Source: the human T2T-CHM13v2.0 reference genome, Homo sapiens. From it: a stretch of DNA of 64,000 bases. Each line of letters starts with the position of its first letter. The stretch's first letter is position 1. The notes under the pieces were generated by a model. That model was given only the letters and a program-made list of their open reading frames with translations. It searched no databases and was not told the DNA's origin. The stretch is from assembly GCF_009914755.1 (NCBI RefSeq), contig NC_060934.1; one strand, 5' to 3'. Positions 14,119 through 36,520 of the stretch are shown piece after piece. The translations under genes and the position numbers were made by a program.

Positions 14119-16288
14119 TTTAACACAATTATTTTAAAATATTATCTTAAACTTTTATATTTGAAAATAACTTTGACTCAGTCTAAGTGAGGAGCTGAGA
14201 AGTCATCATTCCTGTTCTCATACCAAGAAAAAAGCTGCACAAATTGCATATCAACAATTCATTTTTAAGTCTGTCAGTGAATTGAGCTTGCAGGGCAAAC
14301 CACTATCCCCAGAATTGGAAAGACAGGATAATACAGAGAGTTGCAGGGTACCAGATCCGAAGCTCAGAAGCAGAAACCACCACTGGAGCCAGTGCCATGG
14401 TAGAAAAACTTAAGCTAGCTTAATTGGTGAATGGCTGGAAGTTCCGTGTGGACAAGCTTGAGAGTTAGAAACTCCTGGAGGGCCAAGTCTTAGAAGAACT
14501 CTTACACTTTTGTGATTTTTACCTCCAGGAGTCCTGCCAGATTCTTAAGTGAAGACTGGAGAAAAATCCCCTCATGCATCTGGGTGGGAGTAGCCATTTG
14601 GAAATATGCCAGAGCATTCTGTTCTCTTAAAAAGGCCTACTGTTGTGAGATATTGTTTTATCAAACCCTGTTGACCTGGAGGAAGGGAAATAGCCAACCC
14701 AGCCCTGCAGAGGCTTCCTCCTGTCACCTGAGAGGGAGTGGGGAGAAACCTAAGATGTACTGTTAAAAGGTCACAGCCTGGAGGCACAGGCTCACTAAAA
14801 GACTGAGACCTTACTTATCACAGGATTGTAGAATGTTTCTCCTCCCCTCTACACCTTACCATCACATCAGTAGGGCCCCTGTATAATAATAGGGTTACAA
14901 ATGAAAAAACTGTGTGTCTCAGATCTTATTTAAGAAGATACCTGTATGGAAACCCAAAACAACAAGGGAAACAAAAACAATAACTTCAGAGGAAATTTTA
15001 GCCTCTGATACTTGTGGAAAAAGCAAATAGTAAACACATCCTAACTCCCGGCCAAATAAATGTAAAACCTCACACTGAAGGCCTGTTTACTTACATTCCT
15101 TTTAACCAGTGTATCTTGCCAGGCTTTCAACAAATATTGTAAGGCATCACAAAGACAAAAACATTCCACACCATTTGAAAAGATAGACCAAGCATCAGAA
15201 CCAGACTCAGTTATGACAGCTATGAGACTGGGTATTTAAAATAACTATGATGTATACTCCTAAGGGTTCTAATGGGAAAAGTGTTTAAAATGCAAGGAAA
15301 AGATGGGTAACATAACCAGAGATGGAAATTTTAAGAAAGAATAAAAAAGAAATACTAGAAAACAAAACATTGATGGGAATGAAGAGTGTCTCCAGTGCGC
15401 TCATCAATAGACTGGACATGGCCAAGGAAAGAATCGGTGAGCTTGAAGAAATGTCAGTAGAAACTTCTAAAACTGAAATGCACAGAGAAGAATGAACGAA
15501 AGGAGCAGAATATTCAGGAACCGTGGGTTAATTATAAAAGTTATGCATATAATGGAAATATCAGAAGGAGAAGAAAGAGAAGAAAACGAAGGAAGTATTT
15601 GAAGTAATAATGGCTGAGAATTTTCAAAAATTAATGACAGACAGCAATCCACAGATCCAGGAAGCTCAGAGAATACCAAGCATGATAAATACAAGACAAA
15701 ATCTATACCTAGGCATATCATATTCAAACTATAGAAAAGCAAAGACAGAAAATCTTGAAAGAAGCCAGAGAGGGGAAAAAACCTTACCTGGAGAGAGGAG
15801 CAAGGATAAGAACTATCAGACCTATGTTCAGAAACCACGCAAGCAAGAAGAGAATAAAATGAAATAAGTGTTGAGCGAGAACAACCACCAATTTAGAATT
15901 CTCTATATATGGACATAATCCTTCAAAGGTGATGGAGGAATAGACTTTTTCAAACCGTAATTAAGAGGATTTGGTGCCATTAGTTCTTCCCTTCCAAGAA
16001 ATGTTAAAAGGAGTTATTCAGAGTGAAGGAAACTGATATGTATTAGTATGATTGATATGCTAAGAGAGGAGAGAAAATTATATAAAATGCTCAGTTGAAA
16101 CCATAAAAGGCAGAAATACAGTGGAAGACAGTAAAAAAGATTAAAGGCAACAAATAGAAAACAATAAACATGGTAGACATTATTCCAGTTATATCAACAG
16201 TAACTTTAAATATCAGTAGTCTAAAGATACCAATTAAAAGAGACTGTTAGAGTGGATTTAAAAAAAATAAATAAATGAAACAAGACTA

Positions 16289-16606
<318 letters not shown>

Positions 16607-16922
16607 CTATAAGTCGTTGACAAGAAACTCACTTTTAATATAAAGACATATATAGATTAAAAAGATGGAGGAAGATATGTTATACTAACACTAATCAAAA
16701 CAAACCTGGAGTAGATAACATTAATTTCAGACAAAGACGTCTCAGAGCAAAGAAAATTACCAAGGATAAAGAGGGACATTACATAATGATAAAGGGGTCA
16801 GTTCTCCAAGAAGACACAACAATCCTGAGTGTGTTTGCACCTAACAATGGAATGTCAAGACGCATGAGGCAAAAATTGATAGAACTGCAAGGAAAAATAG
16901 ATGAATTCACTAGTATAGTTGG

Positions 16923-17315
16923 TATTATGGACTAAAATGTTTCCCCCAGAATTGATATGTTGAAGCCCTAACCCCAGTGTGATGATATTTGGAGATGGGA
17001 CATTTGAGAGTTAATTATGTTTAGGTAAGGTCACGAGGGTGGGGCCTTGATGATGGAGTGAGTGCCCTTACAGGAAGACACACCAGAGAGCCCTCCCTTC
17101 CTCCCTCTCTGTGTGCATGCACCAAGGAAAAGCCATGTGAGGACACAGCAAGAAGCAACCATCTGCAACCCAAGGAAAGAGCCCTCACCCAGGGTGTGAC
17201 CCTGCCCACACCCTGATCTCTGATATCTAGTCTCCAGAGTTGTGAAAAATAAATTCCTGTTGTTTGAGCCACCCAGACTATGGTATTTTGTTATGGCAGC
17301 TTGAGGAGACTGACA
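16923..17315 (+). mobile_element. MLT1A-like MaLR solo LTR
   Basis: MLT1A-type start and end; 5-bp TSD GTTGG (16918-16922 / 17316-17320). Confidence 0.8.
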
Positions 17316-17346
17316 GTTGGAGGCTTTAAAACCCCTCTGTGAGTAA

Positions 17347-18098
<752 letters not shown>

Positions 18099-18361
18099 AA
18101 CACCATCAGTCTACTAGATCTAATTGACACCTATAGAATACTTCATACCCTGCATATAGCAGAATTTACATTATTCTCATGCTCGTATAGAATATTCACC
18201 AAGATAGGCCACATTCTGGGCCATAAAATGCAGCTTAACAAATTTAAAACAATGGAAATCAAAGTATGCTGTCACATCAAAATGTAATTAAATGAGAAAT
18301 CAATAACAGAAAGAGAGCTGGAAACTCCAAAAATACATGGAGATTAAACAATACACCTATA

Positions 18362-18650
18362 GGCTGGGCATGGTGGCTCACACCTGTAATCCTTAGCACT
18401 TTGGGAGGCTGAGCAGGCAGATTGCCTGAGTTCAGGAGTTTGAGACCAGCCTGGACAACACAGTGAAACCCTGTCTACTAAAATACAAAAAAAAATTAGC
18501 TGGGTGTGGCGGTGTGCACCTGTAGTCCCAGCTACTTGGGAGGCTGAGCAGCAGAATTGCTTGAACCTGGGAGGCAGAGGTTGCAATGAGCCAAGATTGC
18601 ACCACTGCACTCCAGCCTGGGCAACAGAGCAAGAGTCTGTCTAAAAAAAA

Positions 18651-18682
<32 letters not shown>
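18362..18682 (+). mobile_element. AluS with an (AT)n tail
   Basis: TSD atacaccta. Confidence 0.9.
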
Positions 18683-18683
<1 letters not shown>

Positions 18684-19206
18684 CACCTACAAACAATACA
18701 TGGTTTAAGGAAGAAGTCTCAAGCAATATTGTAAGCTAAATGAAAATATAACCTATTAAAATGTGTGGGATTCAGAGAAAACAGTGTTTTGAGGGAAATT
18801 TGTAGTATTGAATATATAGAAAAGAAGAAAGACTAAAATCAGTAATATAAGCTTCCACCTAGGAAACTAGGAAAGAATAGCAAAGAACAAAATAAGCAGG
18901 AGAAAAGAAATAATAAAAATTAGAGCATAAATTAATGAAACAAACAAGGAAATCAACAGAGAAACCAGAAGCTGGTTATCTGAAATAAATCAATAAAATT
19001 GATGAACTTCTAGCCAGGTTAACTAAGAAAAAGAGACAAGGTACAAATCACCAATACCAGTATACCAACAATGAATCATTGCCCCTTGATATATAAAAAC
19101 ATAGTACTACTAACATTAGCACCAAAAAATGGAACACTTTGGTATTCCAAAGTATTCATTTAAGATCTGTATGAGGAAAACTACAAAACTCTGATGAAAT
19201 AAATCA

Positions 19207-19639
<433 letters not shown>

Positions 19640-20139
19640 TCAGCAAGTTATTTTGTGGGTATCAACAAACTGATTCTAAAGTTTATATGGAAAAGCAAGA
19701 GACCTAAAATAGCCAACACAGTATTGAAGGAAAATAAATTTGGGAAAGTGACACCACTGGCTTAAAGACTTACTATAAAGCTACAGTTATCAAGACAGTG
19801 TGGCATTGCCAAAAGGACAGGCAAATAGATCAGTGGACAAGAATTGAGAGCTGAGAAACAGACCCACGTGAATATAGTCAACTAATCTTTGACAAAGGAG
19901 CAAATCCAATTCAGTGGAGAAAGGCTTTTCAATAAATGTTTCTGGCATAACTGGACATCCACATGCAAACAAATAAAAAAGAACCTAGACATAGTCCTTG
20001 CATCTTTTACAAAAACTAGCACAAGCCACAGACTACGTGAAAATCTTTACAGGATACATATCTAATAAAAGACTGGTATCCAAAGTATACAAATAATTCT
20101 TAAAACTCAACAGTAAGAAAACTCAATTTTAAAATGTGC

Positions 20140-20435
20140 AGCCAGGTACAGTGGCTCGCACCTGTAATCCTAGTACTTTGAGAGGTCAAGATGGGAGGAA
20201 AACTTCAGGCCAGGAGTTCAAGACCAGCCTGAGCAACATAGGGAGACCCCCATCTTTACTAAAAATAAAAAAATTAGCAAGGTGTGGTGGTGCATGCCTG
20301 TAGTCCCAGCTACTCTGGACTGAGGTGGGAGAAGCATTTGAGCCCAGGAATTTGAGGTTGCCATGAGCTATAATTGCCACTGCACTCCAGCCTGGGCAAC
20401 AGAGCAAAACCCTATCTCAAAAAAATAAATAAAAA
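20140..20435 (+). mobile_element. AluJ
   Basis: Diverged dimer. Confidence 0.85.
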
Positions 20436-20979
20436 TGGTCAAAAGATCTGAACAGATACCTCACCAAAGAAGATGTACAGTTGGAAAATAAGCATATGAC
20501 AAAGATGCTCAACATCGTATGTCATTAGGGAATTGCTAATTAAAACAACAATAAGATACCACCACACACCTATTAGAATGGCTAAAGTTCAAAACATCAA
20601 CAAGACTAAATGATGAAGATGTGGAGCAACTGGAATTCTCATTTATTGCTGGTGGATATGCAAAATGGTACAGCCACCTACTATAGAAGAAAATTTGGCA
20701 GTTTCTTTAAAAAAACCAAGCATACTCTTACCATATAATCCATCAATCATTCTCCTTGGTATTCACTGAAATCAGTTGGAAACTATGTCCACACAAAACC
20801 TGCACATGAATATTTATAGCAGCTTTATTCATACTGGCCAAAACTTGGAAGCAACTAAGATGTCCTTCAGTAGGTGAATGGATAACCAAACCACAGTGCA
20901 TCCATAAAAAGGAATATTATTCAGCAATAAAAATAAATTAGTTAGCAGGACATGAGAAAACATGGAGGAGACTTACATG

Positions 20980-21885
<906 letters not shown>

Positions 21886-22483
21886 AAATGCAGATTGCTA
21901 AGTGAAAGAAGCTATTCTGAAAAAGTATGATTTCTGTATGATTCCAACCATCTGACAATGCAAAAAGCAAAACTATGGAGATGGTAGTGGTTGCCAAGGA
22001 TTGCGGGGAGGGAGGCGTGAAGAGTTAGAGTATGGGAGACTTTTAGGGCAGTGAAACTACACTGTAGGATACTGTAATGGTGGACACCATTGTCAAAACC
22101 CATAGAACTGTACAACATAAAGAGTGAACCCTAATGAACTATGGACCGTCATTACTAATAATGTATCAATATTGATGTATCAATTGTAACAAATGTCCCA
22201 CATGAATGCCAGATGTTAGTAGGAAGGGAAACTGTGTGTTTGGAAGGGGCTATTTGGGGACTCTCTGTTCTTTCCAGCTGATTTCTCTGTAATCCTGAAG
22301 CTGCTCTAAAAAAAATAAAGTCTATTATTTTTTTAAATGAAAAAAACTTTGAACTATAAGATTATTTAATATGAACACACCTAAAATTTATGTTTGCATC
22401 AGAAAATCAAGGTTGTTGTAAATATTAGTTAACACTTCCATGTGACCCATAAGGAAAGGGCTAACTTGAATTATTTTTAATGA

Positions 22484-23014
<531 letters not shown>

Positions 23015-23032
23015 TAGTTGCAGCTTTTAAGT

Positions 23033-23445
23033 CATAAACCAAAAATAAAATACTAAGCCCCCCAACCAGCTGGATGAAACCTCCTCTTGGCCAACTGGAT
23101 TCCAAAGTAAACCTGAAAAACTAGTTTAGGCCATGATGGGAAGCAGAGATCTTATGACCGATGAAACAGACTCTTTGTAGCAATAAGATACGAGATTCCA
23201 ACCTGAATCTAGTATAGCATCACATGACAGCAGGCCTGGACAGAAACTTAAGTATTTTACCCCAAAATATATTTCTTTGACATATTTTGAAGTGGCCCTG
23301 CAAAGCTGTCTCCTGTGGGGTAATTTATATTCTGTAGAGAATCCCCTTCCCTTTCCAGGTCTTTTTCTGATCCTGAACAGATGAACCGAGAGTCTGGCCT
23401 TTTAAAAGATCTGAATAGGAAACATGTTGCCTCTAAGGGTGACTA
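23033..23445 (+). mobile_element. MER4-family ERV1 LTR fragment
   Basis: Starts taaaccaaaaataaaatactaagccccccaacc...aaacctgaaaaactagtttaggccatgatgggaag, as in the MER4 consensus. Confidence 0.7.
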
Positions 23446-23922
23446 GACTCTTTATGGGCTTCCCTTTGCAAAACATCAGTCAGGGTAACTGATGGAAGTA
23501 AACTCCAGGTTGGCTGAAGAGCAATAGACATCTATTTGGGCAAGAAAGACAATATTCTGTTACGAAAATTAAAGAGGCTGGGTTTTCTTCTTTCTCAAGA
23601 AGGCCACTTATTTCTAAGCAGAGATATAGGTGTTTGTCCAGTCAGCTGGACAAATTCAAGTTTGGGATAAGACTCTAGAGATTTCTGCACCATCCAGCAT
23701 GGAAGATGTGAAGTCAGACATAAACGGGCCTAGGAGAGATGGTGGCAGTGGGGTGTGTTGCAGAAACCAGGCTATTACTCCCAGTGGGCCTGGCTCTGAA
23801 TAGCATTGCCTCCTGCTGGGCCTAATGATGGAATCATTGTTTTCACGATCTGGTGCCTTAGCTAAGGAAACACACTCAAAGATACTCTGCAATGTCTACT
23901 TGGAGAACTCAACTACGTTCTC

Positions 23923-24211
<289 letters not shown>

Positions 24212-24619
24212 TAAACCCACTCCCCAGACCTACATTTGAAACCCAGATCCCCCTGGCTTCAGTCACAAACCTGAAGGAGGAAATCTCCACACCACAGCCT
24301 GGGACTGAACTCATCATCCCCGTCTGATCCACAGTAAGCTGCTCTTTCAGACTCCTCATCTATTTCCATGGTTCTGCCAGTCTCCTGGGCATTGCCAACC
24401 TGCCCACTGTCCTCTCCTTTTCCTACCCAAGGTAACTTTCCTTTGGTCAGTTACCAAAGCAGATAGGCTTTCCCCAATACATTTTCCATTTGTCTCTTCC
24501 TTTCTCTGCCTCCAGTCTGTTGTGTTTTCAGTTCCTGAGCACCTGCCTTTGTTAGCTTAATCTCCCTAAACAGTGCCCGATGGAGCAATGAGAACATAAA
24601 TTAACACACATTTAATGCT

Positions 24620-27017
<2,398 letters not shown>

Positions 27018-27099
27018 GATATATAGATATATATAAATTTATCTATCTATATATAGATATAGATAGAGATATATATAGAGATAGATATATAAAATATTT

Positions 27100-27103
<4 letters not shown>
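27018..27103. repeat. (TA/TAGA)n low-complexity tract with AT-rich palindromes
   Basis: gatatatagatatatataaatttatctatctatat...; tataaaatattttata is a perfect 16-bp palindrome. Confidence 0.85.
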
Positions 27104-29275
<2,172 letters not shown>

Positions 29276-29283
29276 CTTGGACT

Positions 29284-29599
29284 TTTTGTGTTTTTTTTTG
29301 TTTTTTGTTTTTTTGAGGCGGAGTTTTGCTCTTGTTGCCTAGGCTGGAGTGCAGTGGCCGATCTCGGCCCACTGCAACCTCCGTCTTCCGGGTTCAAGCG
29401 ATTCTACTGCCTCAGCCTCCCGCGTAGCTGGGATTACAAGCATGCGCCAATACTTCCGGTTCATTTTTGCATTTTTTTTAGTAGAGATGAGGTTTCACCA
29501 TGTTGGCCAGACTGGTCTCGAACTCCTGACCTCAGGTGATCTGCCAGCTTCGGCCTCCCAAAGTCCTGGGATTACAGACATGAGCCACCGTGCCCGGCC
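29284..29599 (-). mobile_element. AluS abutting the BTBD7 retrocopy 5' end
   Basis: Full dimer; only a 6-bp TSD (actttt). Confidence 0.9.
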
Positions 29600-30034
29600 C
29601 ACTTTTAATACATTAAAGGGGTCTGTGATAAACATCCTCCTACCGCCCAAAAAAGGTTAAGGACCACTGCAATATGGGCTGTTTGCTTTAGATTTCATTT
29701 TAGATAGATGTTGATAACTGTCAGAGCTGTTCTTTTTTGGCCTTCGTTTGTATTCTAAGGAGAGTCCAGGCCTCTCCTTAGAACCCCAGATCTGGAGATC
29801 AAGCTGGCTACCGTGCCTTTCTTAATCAGCATCCCTCATACATCTCATTCTGAAATAGAAAACTAAATCTATCTTCTCCCCTAAACCTGTTCCGTTCTTC
29901 CTATGTCTCCTACTTCAGTGCACAACCTCAAAAACGACCCTATTGTATAAATCAGAAACCTAACAGTCATCCTAAACCTGTCTCCCCATCCCCTCTCTGC
30001 TTCCTTCTCGCTAATATCTCCACATTCAATGGAT

Positions 30035-30441
30035 GTTTTAAAAATATAAACTCAAGATTTTATTGTCTTCATAATAAAAGAAAACATGACACTTAGAACT
30101 GGATCACTTGGCCGTTTCTCTTCTTACCTCCTCCCAGTTCAAAATGCTAGCATATTTTAATAGCCAGCACTCTCTTAGAGCTGCAGCTGGGCTCAACGCA
30201 CTCAAGCCTTGGCACAATTTTCTGTAGTTTTAGCCCTTTCCTGGAAAATCGGCTTAATTTGCCCACGATAGCCACTCTGCTTCCTGTCATAACGCCGCTT
30301 TCCCTGGGCATACAGAGAATCCTTCTCCTTCGTGTACAGTGTCACTTTGTGGGGTTGGTGCTTGCCACACTTCTTATAGAAAGTCTGGCGGGTTTTAGGA
30401 AACTTCGTAATGTTTGTGTGAGCGCTATCGGCACGGAAAAG
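30035..30441 (-). pseudogene. RPL36A (eL42) processed pseudogene
   Basis: [23 protein letters not shown]...[17 protein letters not shown] matches RPL36A. 5' TOP-like CTTTTCC; ATG replaced by ATT (30411); frameshift; TAA at 30093-30095; AATAAA at 30059-30064; perfect 15-bp TSD CCACATTCAATGGAT (30020-30034 and 30442-30456). Confidence 0.95.
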
Positions 30442-30757
30442 CCACATTCAATGGATTTTAAAAAATCTATTTGCCTAATTGTTTCTCAAAATCACCTCCA
30501 CTTCTTTTCTCAAAGTCACCACTATACTAATTCCAATAAAAAGTGCTTGATTCTTCACTTAAGGAAGGTTTGCGGGCTTAGGTTGGTTCTGTTTCTGACT
30601 CCTTGCCCGGAACTGGATGCAAAGAGGACCTGGAAAGTGAAGGTGAAGAAAAGAACTTCAGAGTACTGATCAGAATTAGTCAAGGAATTTCTGCATAATG
30701 GCTAAGAATAAATCTATGACGAATCTTTTTTTTTTAATAACTAGATGTAGTGATGCA

Positions 30758-31085
<328 letters not shown>

Positions 31086-31949
31086 TTAGTGCCGTATGTT
31101 TAAAAGTACGCATTTAAACATACTTTTTCAATTTGATTACTAGAGTTCCTCCATTACTATGAATTTTTAACACTAGCAGCTCTCAGAAATGGTTGTATTC
31201 CTATTCCTGAGCCAATATAGGTTTAAGTAATAGGGCTGAGCTCATAAATGGAGCAGTAATATTCCATTAGGACACAGAAAAAAGTCAACGTAGATGGCAT
31301 CAGGACTGTTTATCTTCAGTCTTCCTAAAGTCGATTTTAATTGTTCTGAAAATGAAAGTACGTAGTGGATAGAGATAGGATCTTATACCAAAGGGATTAT
31401 TAGTGGGGGAACTGCAGTGCCTGAACAGTGTCTGCAAGGAGGAAAAGGGGGGAAAGACTTAAAGTGGCCATTTGGTCCATCAAAGTCTCTTCTGCTATCA
31501 ATCCCTTGAAATTATGTAAAAGCTAAATGTTATTCTGCATTTAGAAACTATGTTCTTAGTATTATGTACAAACACTATTTTTTAGAATGTAAATACATAA
31601 AGAGGCCTGAATTTTACTGAAAAAAAAATCTGTGAAAGATATGGTCTGCTGATAAGTTCTCTTCAGCCCTGACGCCCCTTAGAAGTCCCAAAATCTATGG
31701 AACAGGAATTACTCGGGAAATGGTGGTTTCAGTGTAAAAGATGTCATCTACCCTTTCCCTCACTGCACAGATGGTGAAGGGGAAACTCAGAGAGATAAGT
31801 CACTTCCCCAAGGTCAGACAGGGTAAAAGTGGACCGGATCTGTTTGGTCCTGAGCCCAAACATTTCGAATGGACATAAGGCTGACAAAGGAACAGTCGGT
31901 CCCAGAGCGTCAGGAGTTGAGGTGGGATGGGACCGCAGGGAAAATACTG

Positions 31950-32650
31950 GGTGGGATGACTTAAACTTCCCGGCACCAGGGGGCGCCAGACACTCTATTT
32001 TACCTAAAGGAGACTGGCTTCTACCGACAGGAAGGTCCCTTGCCCCCAACAAAGAGGGCGTCCAATGACGTAAACCAATCCGATTGCTCTGTGCCAGGGC
32101 CGGGATTCGCTGGCGTAGCCAGTCAGTGCTGCCCCACAGCCGCGTGCGTCTGACGTCAAGGCAGGGGCGGGATCCGGTTGGAATTTTGGCGGGTTCAGCT
32201 GTGAACGAAGAAGGCGTCCCGGCATCGGGTGAGGAGCGCGGGCCCCGGGCGTGCGTGTGACCCTCGGGCGGCGGGGCCGGGGCCGCCTCGCACGTCTCTG
32301 CGCGGGTTGCAAGGGGTCCGAGGCTAGAGGCGCGGGGTCCCGGGAGCTCGGGTGGGCGCGATCTGGATTTGGCGGCAGCTTGGGACCGCTCGGGGCTGGC
32401 ATGGCCGGGCCGGGGGCTGGGAGTTGCTGGCCGTCTACTAAGGAATCGGGTTCTTCCTTTTAAACGCAGCCTTTTAAGTGCTTGCCAAGTGCCTGCCGCC
32501 TGGGCTTTCTTTTATTCATTCATTCATTGGTTTCTCGTATTCATGATTTGCCAATGATTATTGAATGCGGACGGTGTGCATGGCTCGGATCACATTTCCG
32601 CTGCCTTCACAGCGCTTACAGTTTAAAGGCACGAGCAGGTAGTAAACAAA
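31950..32650 (+). promoter_or_regulatory. MCM10: MCM10 CpG-island promoter: CTCF-like site, two CCAAT boxes, CRE sites, GC box, E2F site
   Basis: GC/CpG-rich. GCACCAGGGGGCGC (~31973-31986); CCAAT at 32062 and 32075; TGACGTAA 32066-32073; TGACGTCA 32151-32158; GGGGCGGG 32164-32171; TTTTGGCGGG 32184-32193. Confidence 0.88.
32175..32228 (+). other. MCM10: MCM10 exon 1 (non-coding; TSS approximate)
   Basis: Lies in the CpG island; donor ATCGG|gtgagg at 32228/32229. Confidence 0.75.
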
Positions 32651-33407
32651 TGCACGACAGTGGACGACTCAGGGTGGTCCAGAAAGTCTCAGAAAGATGA
32701 GTAAGTGGAGACCGAAGGGCGAGAAGGACCTGGGGGGAGCTTTCTTCGACAGAGCCTGAGACCTCAAAGCAGCTTAGTGTGTTCCAGAAGGTGGAAGCGG
32801 GCTGGCCCGGCTGGAGCATCGTTATGGGTGTCGGGGTGGGTAGAATTGGACGTGGTGGATTGTGGAAAATGTGAGGGAGTAGAAAGCTTGGAAAGAGAGA
32901 GAGAATATGAATCATTGCCTCGCAGGCTTTGTAGATTTTTTCTAAGGGCAATGGAAAATCATTAAAGAATTTCAATGAAGGGACCCCCATGATCTGATTT
33001 ATGTTCCTAAAGGTTACTAAGGAAAGGGAAGATTACCGTGGCTGTCGTATGCAGAACAGATTGCACGGGGACAAAGAGACCAACATAGAAAGCTAACACA
33101 GTCATTGGGTTAAAGGTTGACGGTGGCTTGGCCTAGGGTTCTGGCAGTGAAGTTGGAGAGAAGTGGCAGATTTGAGCAGTGTTTTGGAGATGGGACCACA
33201 GTACTTGTCAGTGGCCGTGGATTTGAGGGCGAGGGAGGGTGCACAGTTTCATTTTGGGGGAAGGCAAGGCCGGTTACAGACTTGAACGAGACAGTTTGCT
33301 CCTAACGCTCAGGAAGCTTACTGTCCAATAGGTTCCCCAGTAGATAGCACAGTGTGTGGCACATGAGGGATCCGTGGAAATGTTGGTTGAATGAATTTTT
33401 AAAAAGC

Positions 33408-33960
<553 letters not shown>

Positions 33961-34304
33961 AGTACCATAATCACTGTAATTAGTTCCTTGACATTGAACT
34001 TGCCAAAGAGCACATGTAAGTTAAATAAGAGCCTAGAAAAATGTATACTTTCTTACTTGCAGTTTAAAAAATAACCTTAAATGAAAAGAGAAGTGCACAG
34101 AGTGATACAACTTTGTCTTAATTAGCTACGCTGTTTCTCTGTGCTTTGCTGACTAGTATTGAATCAAAATCCTGATTGTCACTAAGGCTCCACCTAAGTA
34201 GAGTGTATCCACGACACAGTAAGCTGTCGTGGATAACGCAGATGTCAGGTGTATTACAGTGAATAAAATGAAAGAATAGCCTAATGTAGATCGACCCCAA
34301 TAAT

Positions 34305-34452
34305 TTGTGTGTGTGTGTGTGTGTAATTTTTAAAAAAGACAAGGTCTTGCTATGTGACCAGGCTGGTCTCAAACTTCTGGCCTCAAGTGATGGGCCCACC
34401 TTAGCTTCCCAAAGTGCTGGTATTACAGGCGTTGAGCCACTGTACCTAGCCA
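34305..34452 (-). mobile_element. FLAM-like Alu monomer with (TG)n
   Basis: Left monomer only. Confidence 0.75.
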
Positions 34453-34747
34453 ACCCCAATAGTTCTTCCTCATAATTTATCTCATCCACGTAATCTAGTG
34501 TGATTTACAAACTGCTCTGCAGCTCAATAACTTTCTGTAACCTTAAACACAAGTAAAAGTGAGCTGCTACATCCAAGGAAGGAGATGGCATTGGCGGTGT
34601 GGAGAGAGGAGGTGAGAAATGGTCAGATTCTGGATGAATTCTGAGGTTAGAGCCCATAGGAGTGGTAGGATTCTGGGTTTGTTGGATGTGTGTTGTGAGA
34701 GAAAGAGAAGAATTGAAAGTGACATTTCTAATATTGCTTTCACACAG

Positions 34748-34822
34748 CCAAGATTCTACATTGCTCATCTGGGCATCTGAGCCTCCTTCGAAGTTTCCTG
34801 TCACAACTGTCCTCTTGACAGC
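34748..34822 (+). other. MCM10: MCM10 exon 2, 5'UTR part
   Basis: ttgctttcacacag| acceptor; no upstream ATG before 34823. Confidence 0.8.
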
Positions 34823-34829
34823 ATGGATG
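34823..34829 (+). CDS. MCM10: MCM10 exon 2, coding part (ATG GAT G)
   Basis: agcATGG is a strong Kozak context; donor G|gtaaga; splices to exon 3 to give MDEEEDNLSLL. Confidence 0.9.
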
Positions 34830-35396
34830 GTAAGACCTGGCAGTTTTCTGTTTCTCTGTTTCAAGGAAAACTAACCTTTTGTCCATGGACTTGTTATTTA
34901 TTCTACCTGTAAAATGGTGAAAATGCTCCCCAGCCCTCAGGTATTGTCTTAGTGGTTCTGAAGCAATCTCACATCTCACAGAGGTCACTGAATGTTACTT
35001 GCTTTTATCAGGGGAGATTTCTTCTGGCAACAGAGATTGTCTTTCATAATTACAATAGCTGGTAGGTGTACAGTGGGCCAGGCACTGCTCCAAGATCCTT
35101 GTGGAAATTAACTGATTCAGTCCTCAGGCAAACGTATTTTATAGGCAGAAAAACAGGGATGTTTAGTAACTTGTCACAGTTCAAGCTGGCATAGCAGGGC
35201 TTTGAACCAGGCAGTCTGACTTCAGAGTTTACATTTGATAATGAAATCTGCTGAAGCGATATTAGTCTAGCTCTGACTTAAGTTTTTATTAATATCATCC
35301 TTTCTAATTTTGTTCATTTTGCAAGGATGTGTACAAAATGTTTACCTAGAAAAGAGATGTTGCACTAATTAGCGATCACCTAAAATGATTGTGCTG

Positions 35397-35530
35397 GGCT
35401 GGACGCAGTGGCTCACGCCTGTGATCTCAACACTTTGGGAGGCCGGGGTGGGAGGATTGCTTGAGCCCAAGAGTTCAAGACCAGCCTGGGCAATAGAGTG
35501 AGACCTCATTTCTATTTTTAAAAAATTAAA
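35397..35530 (+). mobile_element. FLAM-like Alu monomer
   Basis: TSD taaaatgattgtgctg. Confidence 0.8.
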
Positions 35531-35665
35531 ATGATTGTGCTGGTTGTGAAGAGATCTAGTTGCATAATTGAACTCATAATCTGAAACTGGGTTTTTTTAA
35601 AAAATTCAAACATATTACACTTTGCCCTTTAAAACAAAACTTGAAATTCCTCACACTGTGATGCA

Positions 35666-36000
35666 CAGTGGACCCCCGTTGTCCCTGAGAGATGTGTTTC
35701 CACACTCCCAGCAGATGCCTGAAACCCAGGATGGTACCAAACCCTAGGCATGCTGTGTTTTTTCCTGTACATACATACGTGTGATAAAGTATAATTTATG
35801 AATTAGGCACAGTGAGAGATGAACAACAATAATAAAATGGAACAATTATGACAATATACTGTAATAAAAGTTATGTGAATGTGGTCTCTCTCTAAAGTAT
35901 CTATTGCACTCTCAAAATATCCATTGTACTGTCCTCAACCACAGTGACCATGGAAAATCAAAACCACAGAAAATAAACCCTCAGATAAGGGGTTATTCCT
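35666..36000. mobile_element. MER44A-like (Tigger) DNA transposon
   Basis: gatgcctgaaacc...ttttttcctgtacatacatac...tactgtaataaaagttatgtgaatgtgg. Confidence 0.7.
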
Positions 36001-36151
36001 TATGTGAAACTCATTGCCTGATGCTATCATGGTAGTTTCCTGTTTCTTAAAATTGGCAAATTGCCTACAGGGCAGGTTATATAATACAAAGCATCACTTT
36101 TTGCTATCAGATTGACATGAAAATAAGAGGTGAATGGATACCTGTTCTCTA

Positions 36152-36520
<369 letters not shown>

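Noticed and set aside
29280-29610. Alu-BTBD7 template-switch chimera
   Set aside because: A 6-bp TSD (AAAAGT on the minus strand) at a canonical TT/AAAA site fits an independent Alu insertion; no shared outer TSD found.
32004-32557. ORFs across the MCM10 promoter
   Set aside because: Expected in CpG islands; no recognisable homology or splice structure.
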